A stretch of DNA of 40,251 bases from Octopus bimaculoides (Eukaryota): the NCBI RefSeq assembly GCF_001194135.2, contig NC_068983.1, forward strand, positions 74,159,186 through 74,199,436. The letters are read 5' to 3'. Of the stretch, positions 1-11,978 are shown piece by piece (within the stretch, counting starts at the first letter, position 1; every line of letters starts with the position of its first letter). The notes under the pieces were generated by a model. The model did no database searches and was not told the DNA's origin. It saw only the letters and a list, made by a program, of their open reading frames with translations. A program made the position numbers and the translations under genes.

Positions 1-760
1 CTACTATATATCTCTCTCTCTCTACCTCTCGTTGCTCACTTTTATTCTACTTCCTCCCCTCCTTTTCCCTCTGCTACTCTTTCTCTTCATACAGCCTTGG
101 TCACGTGTGTGCGGCTGCTATTTCTTTCCGTTCTTGGACTCACCAAGCTCGCACGTACTTCTTTACCGCTCCTGTACGTGCTTCACAGCGTTCGAGACAT
201 ATACACTTCACGTCTGGCTGTACAGCCTTTTTGTTTGTTTATTTCACCGTTTCGTTTTCCTGTCTTGTTTTCCGTCCGCCACTACCCTCCACGAAAACAA
301 TTTAATTTGTGTTCGTGGGAAGAACCATTTTAACGATGCGTGCTGCCTTATTTCTTCGAAACGCCGGAGTTTTAATGGTGGCAGCTGATGAAGGGGATGT
401 TTCTATGTGGCCTGCTTGTTTGTTGCACCTTGTTTACCATTTTTGTCCTTGTTCTTTTGCCACGTCATGTACCCAGTTATGTATCTATATGTACATGTGG
501 ATGAACGTATATACATACATGTACATATATATGCATATACTCATATATTGTTTATATATATATGCATATACTCATATATTGTTTATATTGTTTGTATAGT
601 ACTAAATACCTATTAAGTATATGTAGTGTATATTATTATTTACTTACATTCAATCTTTCTCCTCGACGCGTGTTTCACTCCACCGCATTTATCAGGCGGA
701 ACCTGTTTGTGGCTTGGTTTTCGTGCTTGTTTATCTATCATTTGGCATGACTCCTTTAAT
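1..760 (+). repeat. Interspersed repeat, unclassified; diverged inverted copy at about 22680-23190
   Basis: The reverse complement of 1-270 (e.g. caagacaggaaaac, gaacgctgtgaagcacg, gtgagcaacgagagg) aligns with 22825-23075. The segment ttcgaaacgccgg...agctgatgaag (355-395) matches the reverse complement of 22775-22815. Confidence 0.65.
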
Positions 761-1231
761 TGGTTTCTGTTTCTGATTTTGTTTTCTTACGGTTTTTGAA
801 GCATGTTGTACTGTTTTGAAGTTTTCTGTTTATTTAGTAGAGGTGGAATATTCTAGCTCATATTTTTCGACTCACTTTCTTTCGATTGTTCTAAATAATT
901 TCTGTCTCTAGTCGCTAAAGTGTTCTTATTGCTATTTATTTGATTCTCACATAAATTCTTTTTAATTTGTTTCATCTTTGTTAGCTATGATTTGATGGAT
1001 TGTTTTCCTGCTGCTGTGTGGTGTTTTTTTTTCCAGCTACTGGTTGATAATTTTATATCTTGTTTTGTTGAAATACGTGAATTTATAAACATTGCGAGAA
1101 ATTTCCAAGCTCAGTTACCAAAAATCTTCTAAACAAGCCGTATATATCACAAGCTATCCAATGGTAACAACACGAACGTTAACTACGGCTACATAAAGCT
1201 TATAGAGGGTTCAATAAACACACACACACGC

Positions 1232-1285
<54 letters not shown>

Positions 1286-1867
1286 ATCTACGGTAGAAAT
1301 TCAAGATGTAATACACCGCGTTGAAACAGATTAAATTAACCTTGCAATTAGACAACAAAATCTACCTACTTGTGTGGTAGTATCTAAAAGGAATCTCTAA
1401 AGGAGAAAACTCCAATAATACGAGTCAGTGCAAAGTTTGGGACATAGAAACTATTCGGTTAAGAGTAACTGTTTTCTTAAAAACCAATTGATGATAGTAG
1501 CGGATATGTTTTGGCCATAGACGTTTTACGAGAAGTATATTTAGCTGAGATAAGATGACAATATTTATAAAAATAGAGGGGATATAGAGATGTTGATTAT
1601 AAATATGAACAGTGAGGCCGAGGGAAATAGGTTACGTCATGTTTCAAACCTTGCCCAGTCCATTGGTCGAATGCCTCAACTGTATTGTATTGCTACGATT
1701 TTCAGGCACGTGCTTTGGCTTGTTTGACTCCGAGTAGTATTTTAGTAGTTTTTGTTTTTTTTTGTATCCTCTTTGTCTCATATTTTAATTGGGTCATTTG
1801 TCCTTTTTATCTATTTATATCTTCATGTATATGCTCTGCTTTGTAGATTGATCACACAAGCTCGACT

Positions 1868-2250
1868 TGGCTGTGTGAAGAGAAGTTTGTTTGCCAATCA
1901 CATGGTTCTGGTTTCAGCGTAGCACCTTAGGCAAGTGTTTTCTACTATAGCCCCGGGCCGACTAATGACTTATGTGTAGCGTTAATAGACGGAAACTAAA
2001 AGAAGCCCGTCATATATATGTGTGTGCGAATATGTGCGCTTGCAATTGTCTCCCCCCCACTACCACCACCACCACGTGGACAACCGGTGTAGATTTTTTT
2101 ACGTCCTCGTAACTTATCGACTCTGCAAAAGAGATCGATAGAATAAGTAACAAGGTTTTTTTTTTTAAATAATTACTGGGACCGATTTTTTCGATAAAAA
2201 TCGTTCAAGGACGTCCCCGAGCATGGCCGTATTTGAATGATTGAAGTAAA
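1868..2250 (+). mobile_element. tRNA-derived SINE (family B), degenerate near-full-length copy
   Basis: Head ggctgtgtg...cacatggttctggtttcag...ggcaagtgttttctactatagcccc. Body gacggaaactaaaagaagcccg. Tail gatagaataagt...gagcatggccg. Shared with copies at 4530, 9387, 13345, 28395 and 30540. Confidence 0.7.
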
Positions 2251-2883
2251 TATAAAGTAACATATATATATATATATTTATATATGATAATTTTTCCAGA
2301 GGATGTAGCAACCGTTTTGAATATGAAAATTTGAATATGAAAATTTAAAAGTTTAAAAACCTTATAATATATATATATATATATATATATANNNNNNNNN
2401 NNNNNNNNNNNNNNNNNNNNNNNNNNNNNNNNNNNNNNNNNNNNNNNNNNNNNNNNNNNNNNNNNNNNNNNNNNNNNNNNNNNNNNNNNNNNNNNNNNNN
2501 NNNNNNNNNNNNNNNNNNNNNNNNNNNNNNNNNNNNNNNNNNNNNNNNNNNNNNNNNNNNNNNNNNNNNNNNNNNNNNNNNNNNNNNNNNNNNNNNNNNN
2601 NNNNNNNNNNNNNNNNNNNNNNNNNNNNNNNNNNNNNNNNNNNNNNNNNNNNNNNNNNNNNNNNNNNNNNNNNNNNNNNNNNNNNNNNNNNNNNNNNNNN
2701 NNNNNNNNNNNNNNNNNNNNNNNNNNNNNNNNNNNNNNNNNNNNNNNNNNNNNNNNNNNNNNNNNNNNNNNNNNNNNNNNNNNNNNNNNNNNNNNNNNNN
2801 NNNNNNNNNNNNNNNNNNNNNNNNNNNNNNNNNNNNNNNNNNNNNNNNNNNNNNNNNNNNNNNNNNNNNNNNNNNNNNNNNNN

Positions 2884-2931
<48 letters not shown>

Positions 2932-3477
2932 TGTGTGTATACACTCATGTACATCTATAATATTATGTATATTTCTATGATTATATTTATTAGAGAAATA
3001 TTACAGATACAAAAAATTGATAAATATAGATAGAATCGCTGTCTGTCTGTCTCTCTGTCTTTATCTGCATATATATATTTGTGTGTATGTATGTTTATAT
3101 ACATATATTTATAGATTATAATCTATAAATATTTCATATTCTATAAATATATCAACCATAAAAAATTTCCGCACTAGTCGTCTTATATTATAATTGGACT
3201 AAATTCATTGATTAATTATGCTTTCCCATTATTGATTACATACATATAAAGCTCTGATCTTAATACCATTATCGATAGAAGTCCTTGTCTGTGATCCATA
3301 GCATCACAATTTCGGACTTAATTGGTTTTATTTGCTTCGATATAGTTTTGTTCAAAGACTTTCTGGCGAATTGTTTATTATATTAATAACCCAGGCCCCT
3401 ATAATTTCAACAACAAATATATGACGGTAATTGTGCAAGATAACACAGGAAATGAAATTTTAAAATCTCTCTTTATC

Positions 3478-3513
<36 letters not shown>

Positions 3514-4207
3514 ATATCTTAAGTCCTTTATGTTTTATTTGGAGCAGAAATGTTCCTAAATCCATTAGTCTACTAACGGTTAATGAACGTCTCGGTCTCA
3601 TTATCTAATGAAGTAAGGGGAATAATTGTGTGTAATTTGTAGATTCTGCTGTTTCTCGCGAAGAATCATGGTTATAGTTATAAGTAATAAAATTGTTTAC
3701 GACTTATAACGTCTACACGCATCGTACAATAAACCCAAAAGACGCTTCTCGTTGCCTACAGAATAGAAGTTCTCTTTCACCGGACATATTGTAGTCTATA
3801 CACTTAAATAGACAAGATCATTATGAGTTTCCTACTCAGGTTCACATTCTTATAATTCTACATGACCAACAGTGAAATCATATTTGTTTCCGAACATAGC
3901 CACATCTTCCACAGCAGATACATTAATGACAGTTACTGAGAAAAATACGAATATGTGATTAATGAAAACATGAAAGACGGTCTTGAAAATAAGTTTGTTT
4001 ACGATCCAAAGTGGCTTTAGTATAAATTCAAACCAAAACATTAGTCTATTCTTAGACAGAGATAGAGGAAATAATAATAATGCTATAATATACCATTTCA
4101 TTATACAAAAAATTATACCGCTGCCGTAGTCTCCTTTAGAGAGACTTAGAAATATTAATAACTCTATTTCTGAAAACCAGTGGATAGATTCAACTGAAAT
4201 TAGATAA

Positions 4208-4349
4208 ATAACCTTCGAACAGACAGTCAGTAGCGCCGCCTGGCTGGAGCTTGGCTGCTCTGCATTGACAAGGGGCAACACCCTGAAACTAGTCTGCAGA
4301 TGCCAAACCAGCAAGGGGAAACTGCTGACCTCCCCTGTTCGAAGGTTAT
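4208..4349. repeat. About 140-bp palindromic element (MITE-like / hairpin)
   Basis: Perfect 15-bp inverted repeat ataaccttcgaacag (4208-4222) / ctgttcgaaggttat (4335-4349), with TA at both outer ends. Imperfect pairing continues inward for about 40 more nt. Confidence 0.65.
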
Positions 4350-4463
4350 AAAGGACACAGGTTTCGTGTGTCACATAGCTAGCTAGAGGCGATGGCTTCT
4401 TGGAGCTAATTCACGGCAGCTTTCGTCCTAATTTCGGGACTGCCATGTTGGCTTGGCGATAAC

Positions 4464-4529
<66 letters not shown>

Positions 4530-4540
<11 letters not shown>

Positions 4541-4745
4541 TTGTGTGTCTGTGTTTGTCCCCTCGCTTGACAACCGATGCTGGTGTGTTTAAGTCTCCGT
4601 ACCTTAGCGGTTCGGCAAAAAAGACCGATAGAATAAGTACTAGGCTTCCAAATAATAAGTCCTGGGGTCGATTTGCTCAACTAAAGGCGGTGCTCCAGCA
4701 TGGCCGCAGTCAAATGACTGAAACAAGTAAAAGAGTAAAAGAGAG
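4530..4745 (+). mobile_element. SINE family B, 3' half, well preserved
   Basis: gacaaccgatgctggtgtgttta...ttagcggttcggcaaaa...gaccgatagaataagtactaggctt...ggcggtgctccagcatggccgcagtcaaatgactgaaacaagtaaaagag. Homologous to 2070-2250, 13345-13555 and the reverse complement of 28395-28615. Confidence 0.8.
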
Positions 4746-4859
4746 AATATATCAGACTCGAGAATGAGAATCTTGATAGCTATAACATATCTACAATACG
4801 GTCTTAGATTAGCTTTTGAATTTTTATTTATTAAACAACTTTATATGAAGATACCTTAC

Positions 4860-5150
4860 ATGTAGAACAAATACTAATTAATAATGGGTACGCTAACAAA
4901 TAAGTTGGCCCAGCAGCAGAACAATACAAGAAATATAACAAATGTTGCCCCGACAAATACTACATAAATCATACATATCGTATACTATACGAACCGAAGG
5001 TACTCTGGTTATAAACTGGATGAAAATGTCATTAAAATACTCGTAAAATAGAACATAATATACTTCACACCGTTACAAAAATCACAAACTTATTGTATAT
5101 ATTTGTACTTCATCTGATGATGAACCTAGAAAGGTATTGACACTATGTAT
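4860..5150 (+). mobile_element. Penelope-like element remnant (RT thumb/linker, decayed)
   Basis: Frameshifted translation VEQILINNGYA...YSGYKLDENVIKILVK*NI...NHKLIVY resembles the PLE motifs LINNGYP and YKxDExxIK. Homologous to the 32008-32190 fragment. Followed by a ctgatga motif typical of PLE terminal repeats. Confidence 0.5.
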
Positions 5151-6116
5151 GTTTTAATTCTTTATTATATATATATATGTATATCGAACTGCTGTATGTT
5201 TTCAACAAGCGATTACATCAAACGAATTTCAAATAGGATCAAGTTAGATTATTTATAGTGATAGAGAGCATGTGCGGAAAACTTTGTAATATTTATAAAA
5301 GAATTATGCTTTAAGTATTTAATGAACAAGAATTTTTTTCCACCCGTATGTTTAAATTTAAACGAATACATACATACATACATACATACATACATACATA
5401 CATACATACTAGATTCTAACATCAACTGGAAATCTCCATAGAAATAGTGATATCGACAGGCTATACTTAAGAAGAGATAAAAGAAGTAGAAGCTTGAGAT
5501 TAGTGCAGACAGCATTCGAATGTCACATAGTCTCTTTCAGATAACACCTGCTAGACAACAGCAGCAAAAATAAATACATTAACTTAGTACTGAAAAGTGA
5601 AGGAAAGAATATCCTACATGCGGGAAGCGAGCTTCCAACACGTATATATGTATGTATGTATGTATACATGTATGTATGTATGTATGTATGTATGTATGTA
5701 TGTATGTATGTATGTATGTATGTATGTATATATATATATATATNNNNNNNNNNNNNNNNNNNNNNNNNNNNNNNNNNNNNNNNNNNNNNNNNNNNNNNNN
5801 NNNNNNNNNNNNNNNNNNNNNNNNNNNNNNNNNNNNNNNNNNNNNNNNNNATAAAGAATGTGTAGTGGCTAGCAATCTATCATGGTGAATGCCGGACAGA
5901 GGGGTCACACAGGAGAGCTAGGAAGAAGGGGAGATAATAAAGTAGTGGTGATTCTAAAACGAAGGTGCGCGTGCGTGTGTATAGGAGAGCATGTATGTGC
6001 GTGTGGAAGAGGATGGTGACCTTGACACGTGCGTGTGTGCATGTGTAGGTGTGTGGATGATGGTGTGGGTCCTGGGAAGTTGTGAGTGCTAGTGTGTGCG
6101 TGGTGGTGTGATGTGA

Positions 6117-6325
6117 TGTGGTGTTGTGTGGTATAGTGGTGGTGGTGTTGGTGTGGTGGTGTTGGTGTGGTGGTGTTGGTGTGGTGGTGTTGGTGTGGTG
6201 GTGTTGGTGTGGTGGTGNNNNNNNNNNGGTGGTGGTGTTGGTGTGGTGGTGTTGGTGTGGTGGTGTTGGTGTGGTGGTGTTGGTGTGGTGGTGTGTGGTG
6301 TGGTGGTGTGTGGTGTGGTGTAGTG
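6117..6325 (+). repeat. G/T-rich 14-bp minisatellite (GGTGGTGTTGGTGT)n, interrupted by a 10-N gap
   Basis: Directly visible tandem units. Confidence 0.9.
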
Positions 6326-6354
6326 GTGTGAAATCCTTGGTTCAGTTAAGTATA

Positions 6355-7899
6355 TTTGAAAAAGGAAAAGAATGACTTCGCTGGTAGTTCTAACAGATGG
6401 GTTTGTAGATCTAGTAAGTTCTTTGTAATCCCCGATGGGTAGGTTTTGTAAAGATTCCTTGTTAACTTTTATGGAAATATAAAGAAGAATTCTTCATTAG
6501 AAAGTACAAACCACTACTGAACACGCAAAAAAAAAAAAATTATATTCCATCCCCTAATAACGGAGTTCTCTCTTTGGTTTTTTAAAAAGATGCATACTCC
6601 AAATAGAAGTGGATGACACCCATACTTTCAATCATTCGATCGTTGAAGAGAAGAACAACCCTCGGAGCTACACTACCATTTAACTAATCCCCATCCCCCC
6701 AATGTATATGTAAACTTAAATACTTGAATAGTGTAGATACGTGTAAATATGTATATGTGTACGTATGCATATGCATGTAGGTATACATAAATATACAAGT
6801 GTGAATGCATGTACAAATATATAGGTACGTATGAACTAGAATATATATATATATATATATATATATANNNNNNNNNNNNNNNNNNNNNNNNNNNNNNNNN
6901 NNNNNNNNNNNNNNNNNNNNNNNNNNNNNNNNNNNNNNNNNNNNNNNNNNNNNNNNNNNNNNNNNNNNNNNNNNNNNNNNNNNNNNNNNNNNNNNNNNNN
7001 NNNNNNNNNNNNNNNNNNNNNNNNNNNNNNNNNNNNNNNNNNNNNNNNNNNNNNNNNNNNNNNNNNNNNNNNNNNNNNNNNNNNNNNNNNNNNNNNNNNN
7101 NNNNNNNNNNNNNNNNNNNNNNNNNNNNNNNNNNNNNNNNNNNNNNNNNNTATATATATATACGTATGTATATTTTTTGCATGTTTATATGTAGTGAAAT
7201 AAATATATGAGATAACATGATCTCCCGCACCTCCTCAAAAACCACTATAAAAAATACACTTCTATCAACAATTCCAAAACTAATCTTACTTTTTTCTCTC
7301 TGGTATCATCCCCTTTTTATCATAAAGCATGTATCTTACAACTCAGTACCCCACCTCCAGACACACACCTAAACTCATCTTTAACAGAATCTTCCTGAAG
7401 TTTCTCTTTATGAAATTAAGATAGTTGATTCAGCCACAATTAAAGAATTTGAAAAATATCTGACCATTATATTTTCACCAAAGGTCATCTATTCAAATGG
7501 AACCAGCAAGGGAGCACTTCCACAAGCCCTTCATAATACACTCCTTAAACACCCCATCACCTTCCAATTCCTAATCAATTATCTTGTTTTTACTATTCAC
7601 TATTTTCTTTCAGCTCTTGTTCATCAACACGCTTATTAACAAACCCTAACCCTACCCCAGACGCATCCAAATCTCTTATGTATAGAAAGATACAGCATAA
7701 CACAGCCTGAGATCAGTTTGACAATCGCTACCGACAAATGTGAGAAAGTTCTCCAGGAAAGTTAAGGAATCTTTAAAAAGTCTCTTCATCGAAGTTAACA
7801 TAGAACTTACTAGATCTACAAACCAAACTGTAAAATTATATTTAAAAAAAAATTAAATTGATTAGAACTACCAGTGAAGTCATTCTTTTCCTTTTTCCA

Positions 7900-7900
<1 letters not shown>
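6355..7900. repeat. Inverted pair of one unclassified repeat family (6355-6480 + and 7745-7900 -)
   Basis: gaaaaaggaaaagaatgacttcgctggtagttcta...tttgtagatctagtaagttct...aaagattcctt at 6358-6465 matches the reverse complement of 7760-7897, apart from an AT-rich indel. Confidence 0.7.
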
Positions 7901-7938
<38 letters not shown>

Positions 7939-7959
7939 TTCTCTTCTGTTTTTAATCAT

Positions 7960-8795
7960 TTAAACTTTTCGTCTGAAGAAGGAGCTGGTTTCTAACAAGG
8001 ACACAAAACTCCGTCTTCGGAATGTAGATAAGGAAAGCAGTATCACATTTCAAATCTGACAAAAGTCTTGCAGAGTTTTACACTTCCGTTTACAGGCAGT
8101 TCTTGTAATGTGCGAGTCAGTTGGTTGATTTCTTTTTCTGAAAATCCAAGCTTATCCAGACGACAGTTAGGTATTTCCTTACAAAATCAAATCCTCCAAT
8201 TACTATTCGTATAAATGTAAATTTGTAATCTCGATATACAAGCTAAATGTTTCGAAGTAGTTGTCCATAGTTATCTTCTTTCTGATTTTCAGCGAGATAT
8301 TCACATCAACAGGACAGCTGACCTCTGTGACGGTACACAGTATTTCTTGTCTGTCCCAAATACAATCAACAATATCCGACCTTTTATGCTTACACTTGAC
8401 AGATGTTTTGGTAGGAATGTACTTCTTGTGTTGATATTTGTGTACGCATTCAATAACAGCGGGGATTCTCTATATTTATTCCAGGACAGTCTTTTTTGTT
8501 TCGAAAGGCATTGTCTGTTGTTTTTGCGACAACGTCATGTTGCATAGGTAGGTAATATATTGACGACATTTTTGGGCAGCTGTTAATTATATGTGTGATG
8601 TTTTCCACTGAAATATGACGGAATCTATATTTTCGGTTGCATCTTGGAACTTCAAGAGCTTCACTGTCTCTTTTGTTGATTAGGTATTCAGTAACAACCC
8701 CCGTTCTTGGATTGCAAGTGCATAGCCTTCGAAGTTTGATGTGATGTAGCGCTTACAAGTCCAAAAGAATCTTCGCTTCATGTCAGTGTTACTAT
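7960..8795 (-). mobile_element. Non-LTR retrotransposon of an RLE (restriction-like endonuclease) clade (R4/CRE/NeSL-like), decayed 3' portion
   Basis: Minus-strand frameshifted translation: FEGYALAIQ...HIINSCPKM (zinc-knuckle remnant)...PMQHDVVA (RHD)...SVKCKHKRSDIV...TVTEVSCPVDVNI (RLE motif)...NGSVKLCKTFVRFEM*, stop at 8043-8045, then 3' UTR. Confidence 0.8.
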
Positions 8796-8864
8796 CTTCT
8801 TAAAGGCTTCGGGAAATATATCTATGCATGGTCTTGTTTTGGTATGTGGAACGTTTCACCTCCG

Positions 8865-9240
8865 GGTTTAAAATGTGACACTATTTTCGTTATCTCCATT
8901 CCAAAGACGGAGCTTTGTATCTTTGTTAGAAACCAGCTCCTTCTTCAGAGGAAGAATGTAAATGATAAAAAATTGAGTAAATTTGAATGGTATTTAAGTA
9001 GCTCACAAAAAGACAGAAATACCAATCTGACACAGTATGAAGAAGGGATTTAATCTGGTTACAATATTTTCAAAAGATACAGAGTGGAATTTGGTCATGA
9101 TAAATGCTCCTAACTACGAGGGGAAACTACAAACTAATCTATTAGTAAGTCTATCAACTTGGAAACTTAGTGGCGCATTTCCACTGAAATTTCTGTCAAG
9201 TGTAAACATGACAAGTCTGATAAACTTGTTTGCGGCGGAA
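8865..9240 (+). mobile_element. Further fragments of the same RLE LINE family in the opposite orientation
   Basis: 8866-8951 matches the ORF end plus 3' UTR of the minus copy (aaaatgtgacac...gacggagc...gttagaaaccagctccttcttcaga). 9195-9235 translates SVKCKHDKSD. Confidence 0.65.
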
Positions 9241-9334
9241 AAGAAAAAAAACAAATATTCTTATTAGAATTTAAACTAAACGTACAACTATGTTACGAAG
9301 ACAAGTTTACATTAGACATATATGTATGTGTGCA

Positions 9335-9386
<52 letters not shown>

Positions 9387-9397
<11 letters not shown>

Positions 9398-9555
9398 GCA
9401 CACACAACGGGCTTTCACAAAGTTTTTGTCTACCGAACACACTCACAAGGCGCTGATCGGTTCAGGGTTTTAGAAGAAAGTACTTGCCCAAAGTATCGCG
9501 TAGTAGAACTGAACCCGAAACCACGTGGTTGCGAAACGAACTTCTTACATTATAT
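9387..9555 (-). mobile_element. SINE family B, 5' half
   Basis: actcacaaggc...tacttgcccaaagt...ctgaacccgaaaccacgtggttgcgaaacgaacttctta is the reverse complement of the tRNA-like head. Confidence 0.7.
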
Positions 9556-9844
9556 CCATGATTGTGCATTCAATAAAAATGTCGTTACATATTTCGATAT
9601 AACCTTGCAGCATGACAGGTAGTTATTTAAAAAACAGAACACTGAACATTGAAAAAGAGACACGAGAGACAAATTAGTCACACATACATACATACATACA
9701 TACATACATACATACAGACAGACAGACATACGTACATACGTACATACATACATACATACATGCATGCATACATATAGCTTATATACATACACAAAGAAAA
9801 AACAAATATTCTTATTAGAGATTTATAATTTACTTGCGGATGAA

Positions 9845-9990
9845 GGTGGCGAACTGGCATTTCGTCCGTCTTTATGTTCTGACTTCAAATCCTGCCGGGT
9901 TTTACTTTGCTTTTTGGACACTGAAGTCGATGTAACCAATTTACCCTTTTTCCGAAATCGCTAGCCTTGTGCCGAAATTCGAAACCAATT
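9845..9990 (+). mobile_element. SINE family A, internally deleted
   Basis: ggtggcgaactggca...cgtccgtctttatgttctgacttcaaatcctgccgg...gtcgatgtaac...gccttgtgcc. Homologous to 20925-21137. Confidence 0.7.
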
Positions 9991-10959
9991 ATTAACTTGC
10001 AGATGCGAACATCTAATTTAAAATTTGCAAGAAAGATAACATTTACGGATAACTGCTTCGAACACTTTAACACTTAGATTATAATGTATATTTATATCTA
10101 TAATTATTGCTGCACTTGGCTATGTGAGAAAATATCTAATTGGTAATCTCGAAAAGTTAGATTTTCCAGGCATAAAAAATATGTCGTTAATTTGAATTTA
10201 CATATACAATCGATAAGCAGAACAATAAAAAATATGCAAGATATATCTAAAGTTCAACATGTAGCGTATATCGTATTTATTATCCAGATTCCAGCAATAG
10301 AACCTTGTTTCTTTACTTAAAAAATCCTAGCCCATTTCTTACTAGAAGTATTCAAACAAAAAGGAATAAAGATATACCTACTTAATTACTTGCATAAAAC
10401 ATTTTTTGTCGGGTATAGGATTCAATTTTCGATTTAAACTAAACGTACGACTATGTCACGAAGACAAGTTTACAGTGACAAAAATAACAGTTAATTAGCC
10501 AAGCCCCTACTAGAGGTAGAACTGATGTTAACATGTTAAAATAGCTTTGTCTGTAATAATTGAAAAAACGCCTTATTTACTTTCTCCCCGAATGATGGTA
10601 TAGCTCTAATGTTTTTACATTTATATTGTTTTCTCGAACAAGTTCTATGTATGTACGTGAATTCATATCTACTTGTATGAAAATATACCTACCTACCTAC
10701 AAACATACATACATATCCATGCGCATAAATCTCCATCTACCTATCAACCTACGTACATGCATATGTTCATACATGCATTCATACACCATATATACATAAT
10801 ACATATCATCCGCATACAAACTTACACATATGCATGTATGCATATATAATTACAAACATATGCATACATAAATATCTAAATTTACGCATGTATCAAAAAG
10901 TGGTAATGGCTATGTTACTAAATGTCTTAATGTTTATCCTTTAGAAAGGGAGTTTTTGC

Positions 10960-11050
10960 AGGTAAAGAAATCAACCAGCTAACGCATACTTTGCAAAACA
11001 GTTTGAAAGCGGATCAGTAAAACTGCAGAAGAGTTTTTAAAAATTTAACA
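10960..11050 (+). mobile_element. Third fragment of the RLE LINE ORF end
   Basis: aaagaaatcaaccagctaacgcatactttgcaa...ggatcagtaaaact (KEINQLTHTLQ...GSVK) matches the ORF end of the 7960-8795 copy. Confidence 0.55.
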
Positions 11051-11339
11051 AGTAGCATTCCACCAATATTCTTAACTAAATTCCAGTGATAGAGCTTTGT
11101 TTCTTAGAAACCAATTCCTTCCCTATAAGAATAATTAAAAGGGTGTTAGCGTATATACATAAACATTGAGGTACAAATTCAACTTCTTTCCATTAATTTT
11201 CAACAGAACAACAAACTATATGCTCCGAGGTGGGGAACATTCCGCTTGGTACGCCGGGTGAAATACAAGGATATAAGAACCAAAGAGGGATAACCTTTTT
11301 GTGACAGTATGATGAAGCTTTACTTTTACAAATTAAAAG

Positions 11340-11516
11340 ACTTCTGGCTCATATTGGTTTCAAATTTTGGCACAAGGCCAGCAATTTCGGGGTTTAAGTC
11401 AATTACATCACCGTGAGTAATCAAGTGGTACTTATTTTTACTTATATTGACCCCCAAGAGTATGAAATGCAACGTCGAACTCGGTGGCATTTGAACACAG
11501 AACGTAATGACGGGCA
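11340..11516 (-). mobile_element. SINE family A
   Basis: ggcacaaggccagcaattt...aagtcaattacatc...ggtacttattt...gaactcggtggcatttgaacacagaacgta is the reverse complement of family A. Confidence 0.7.
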
Positions 11517-11517
11517 T

Positions 11518-11694
11518 TGATCGGTTCGGGGTTTTAGAAGAAGGTACTTGCCCAAAGTATAGTGTAGTGGAACAGAACCCGAAACCACGTGGTTGCGAAA
11601 CTAACTTCTTACATTACATCCATGATTGTGCATTCAATAAAATTGTCGTTACACATTTCGGTATAACCTTGCAGCGTGGCAGGTAGTTATTTAA
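11518..11694. repeat. Direct duplicate of 9454-9630 (SINE B head plus unique flank)
   Basis: 177-bp ungapped alignment with 13 mismatches by my count. Confidence 0.9.
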
Positions 11695-11915
11695 CCCCNN
11701 NNNNNNNNNNNNNNNNNNNNNNNNNNNNNNNNNNNNNNNNNNNNNNNNNNNNNNNNNNNNNNNNNNNNNNNNNNNNNNNNNNNNNNNNNNNNNNNNNNNN
11801 NNNNNNNNNNNNNNNNNNNNNNNNNNNNNNNNNNNNNNNNNNNNNNNNNNNNNNNNNNNNNNNNNNNNNNNNNNNNNNNNNNNNNNNNNNNNNNNNNNNN
11901 NNNNNNNNNNNNNNN

Positions 11916-11978
<63 letters not shown>

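Noticed and set aside
4345-4400. TATAAAGG with a downstream ATG as the aquaporin promoter
   Set aside because: The TATA arises from the hairpin element end, and the ATG is followed by a stop after four codons.
9454-11694. Six of 13 differences between the duplicated blocks are A versus G, hinting at an edited RNA intermediate
   Set aside because: Numbers are small, some fit CpG decay and ordinary transition bias, and the conserved block order indicates DNA-level duplication.
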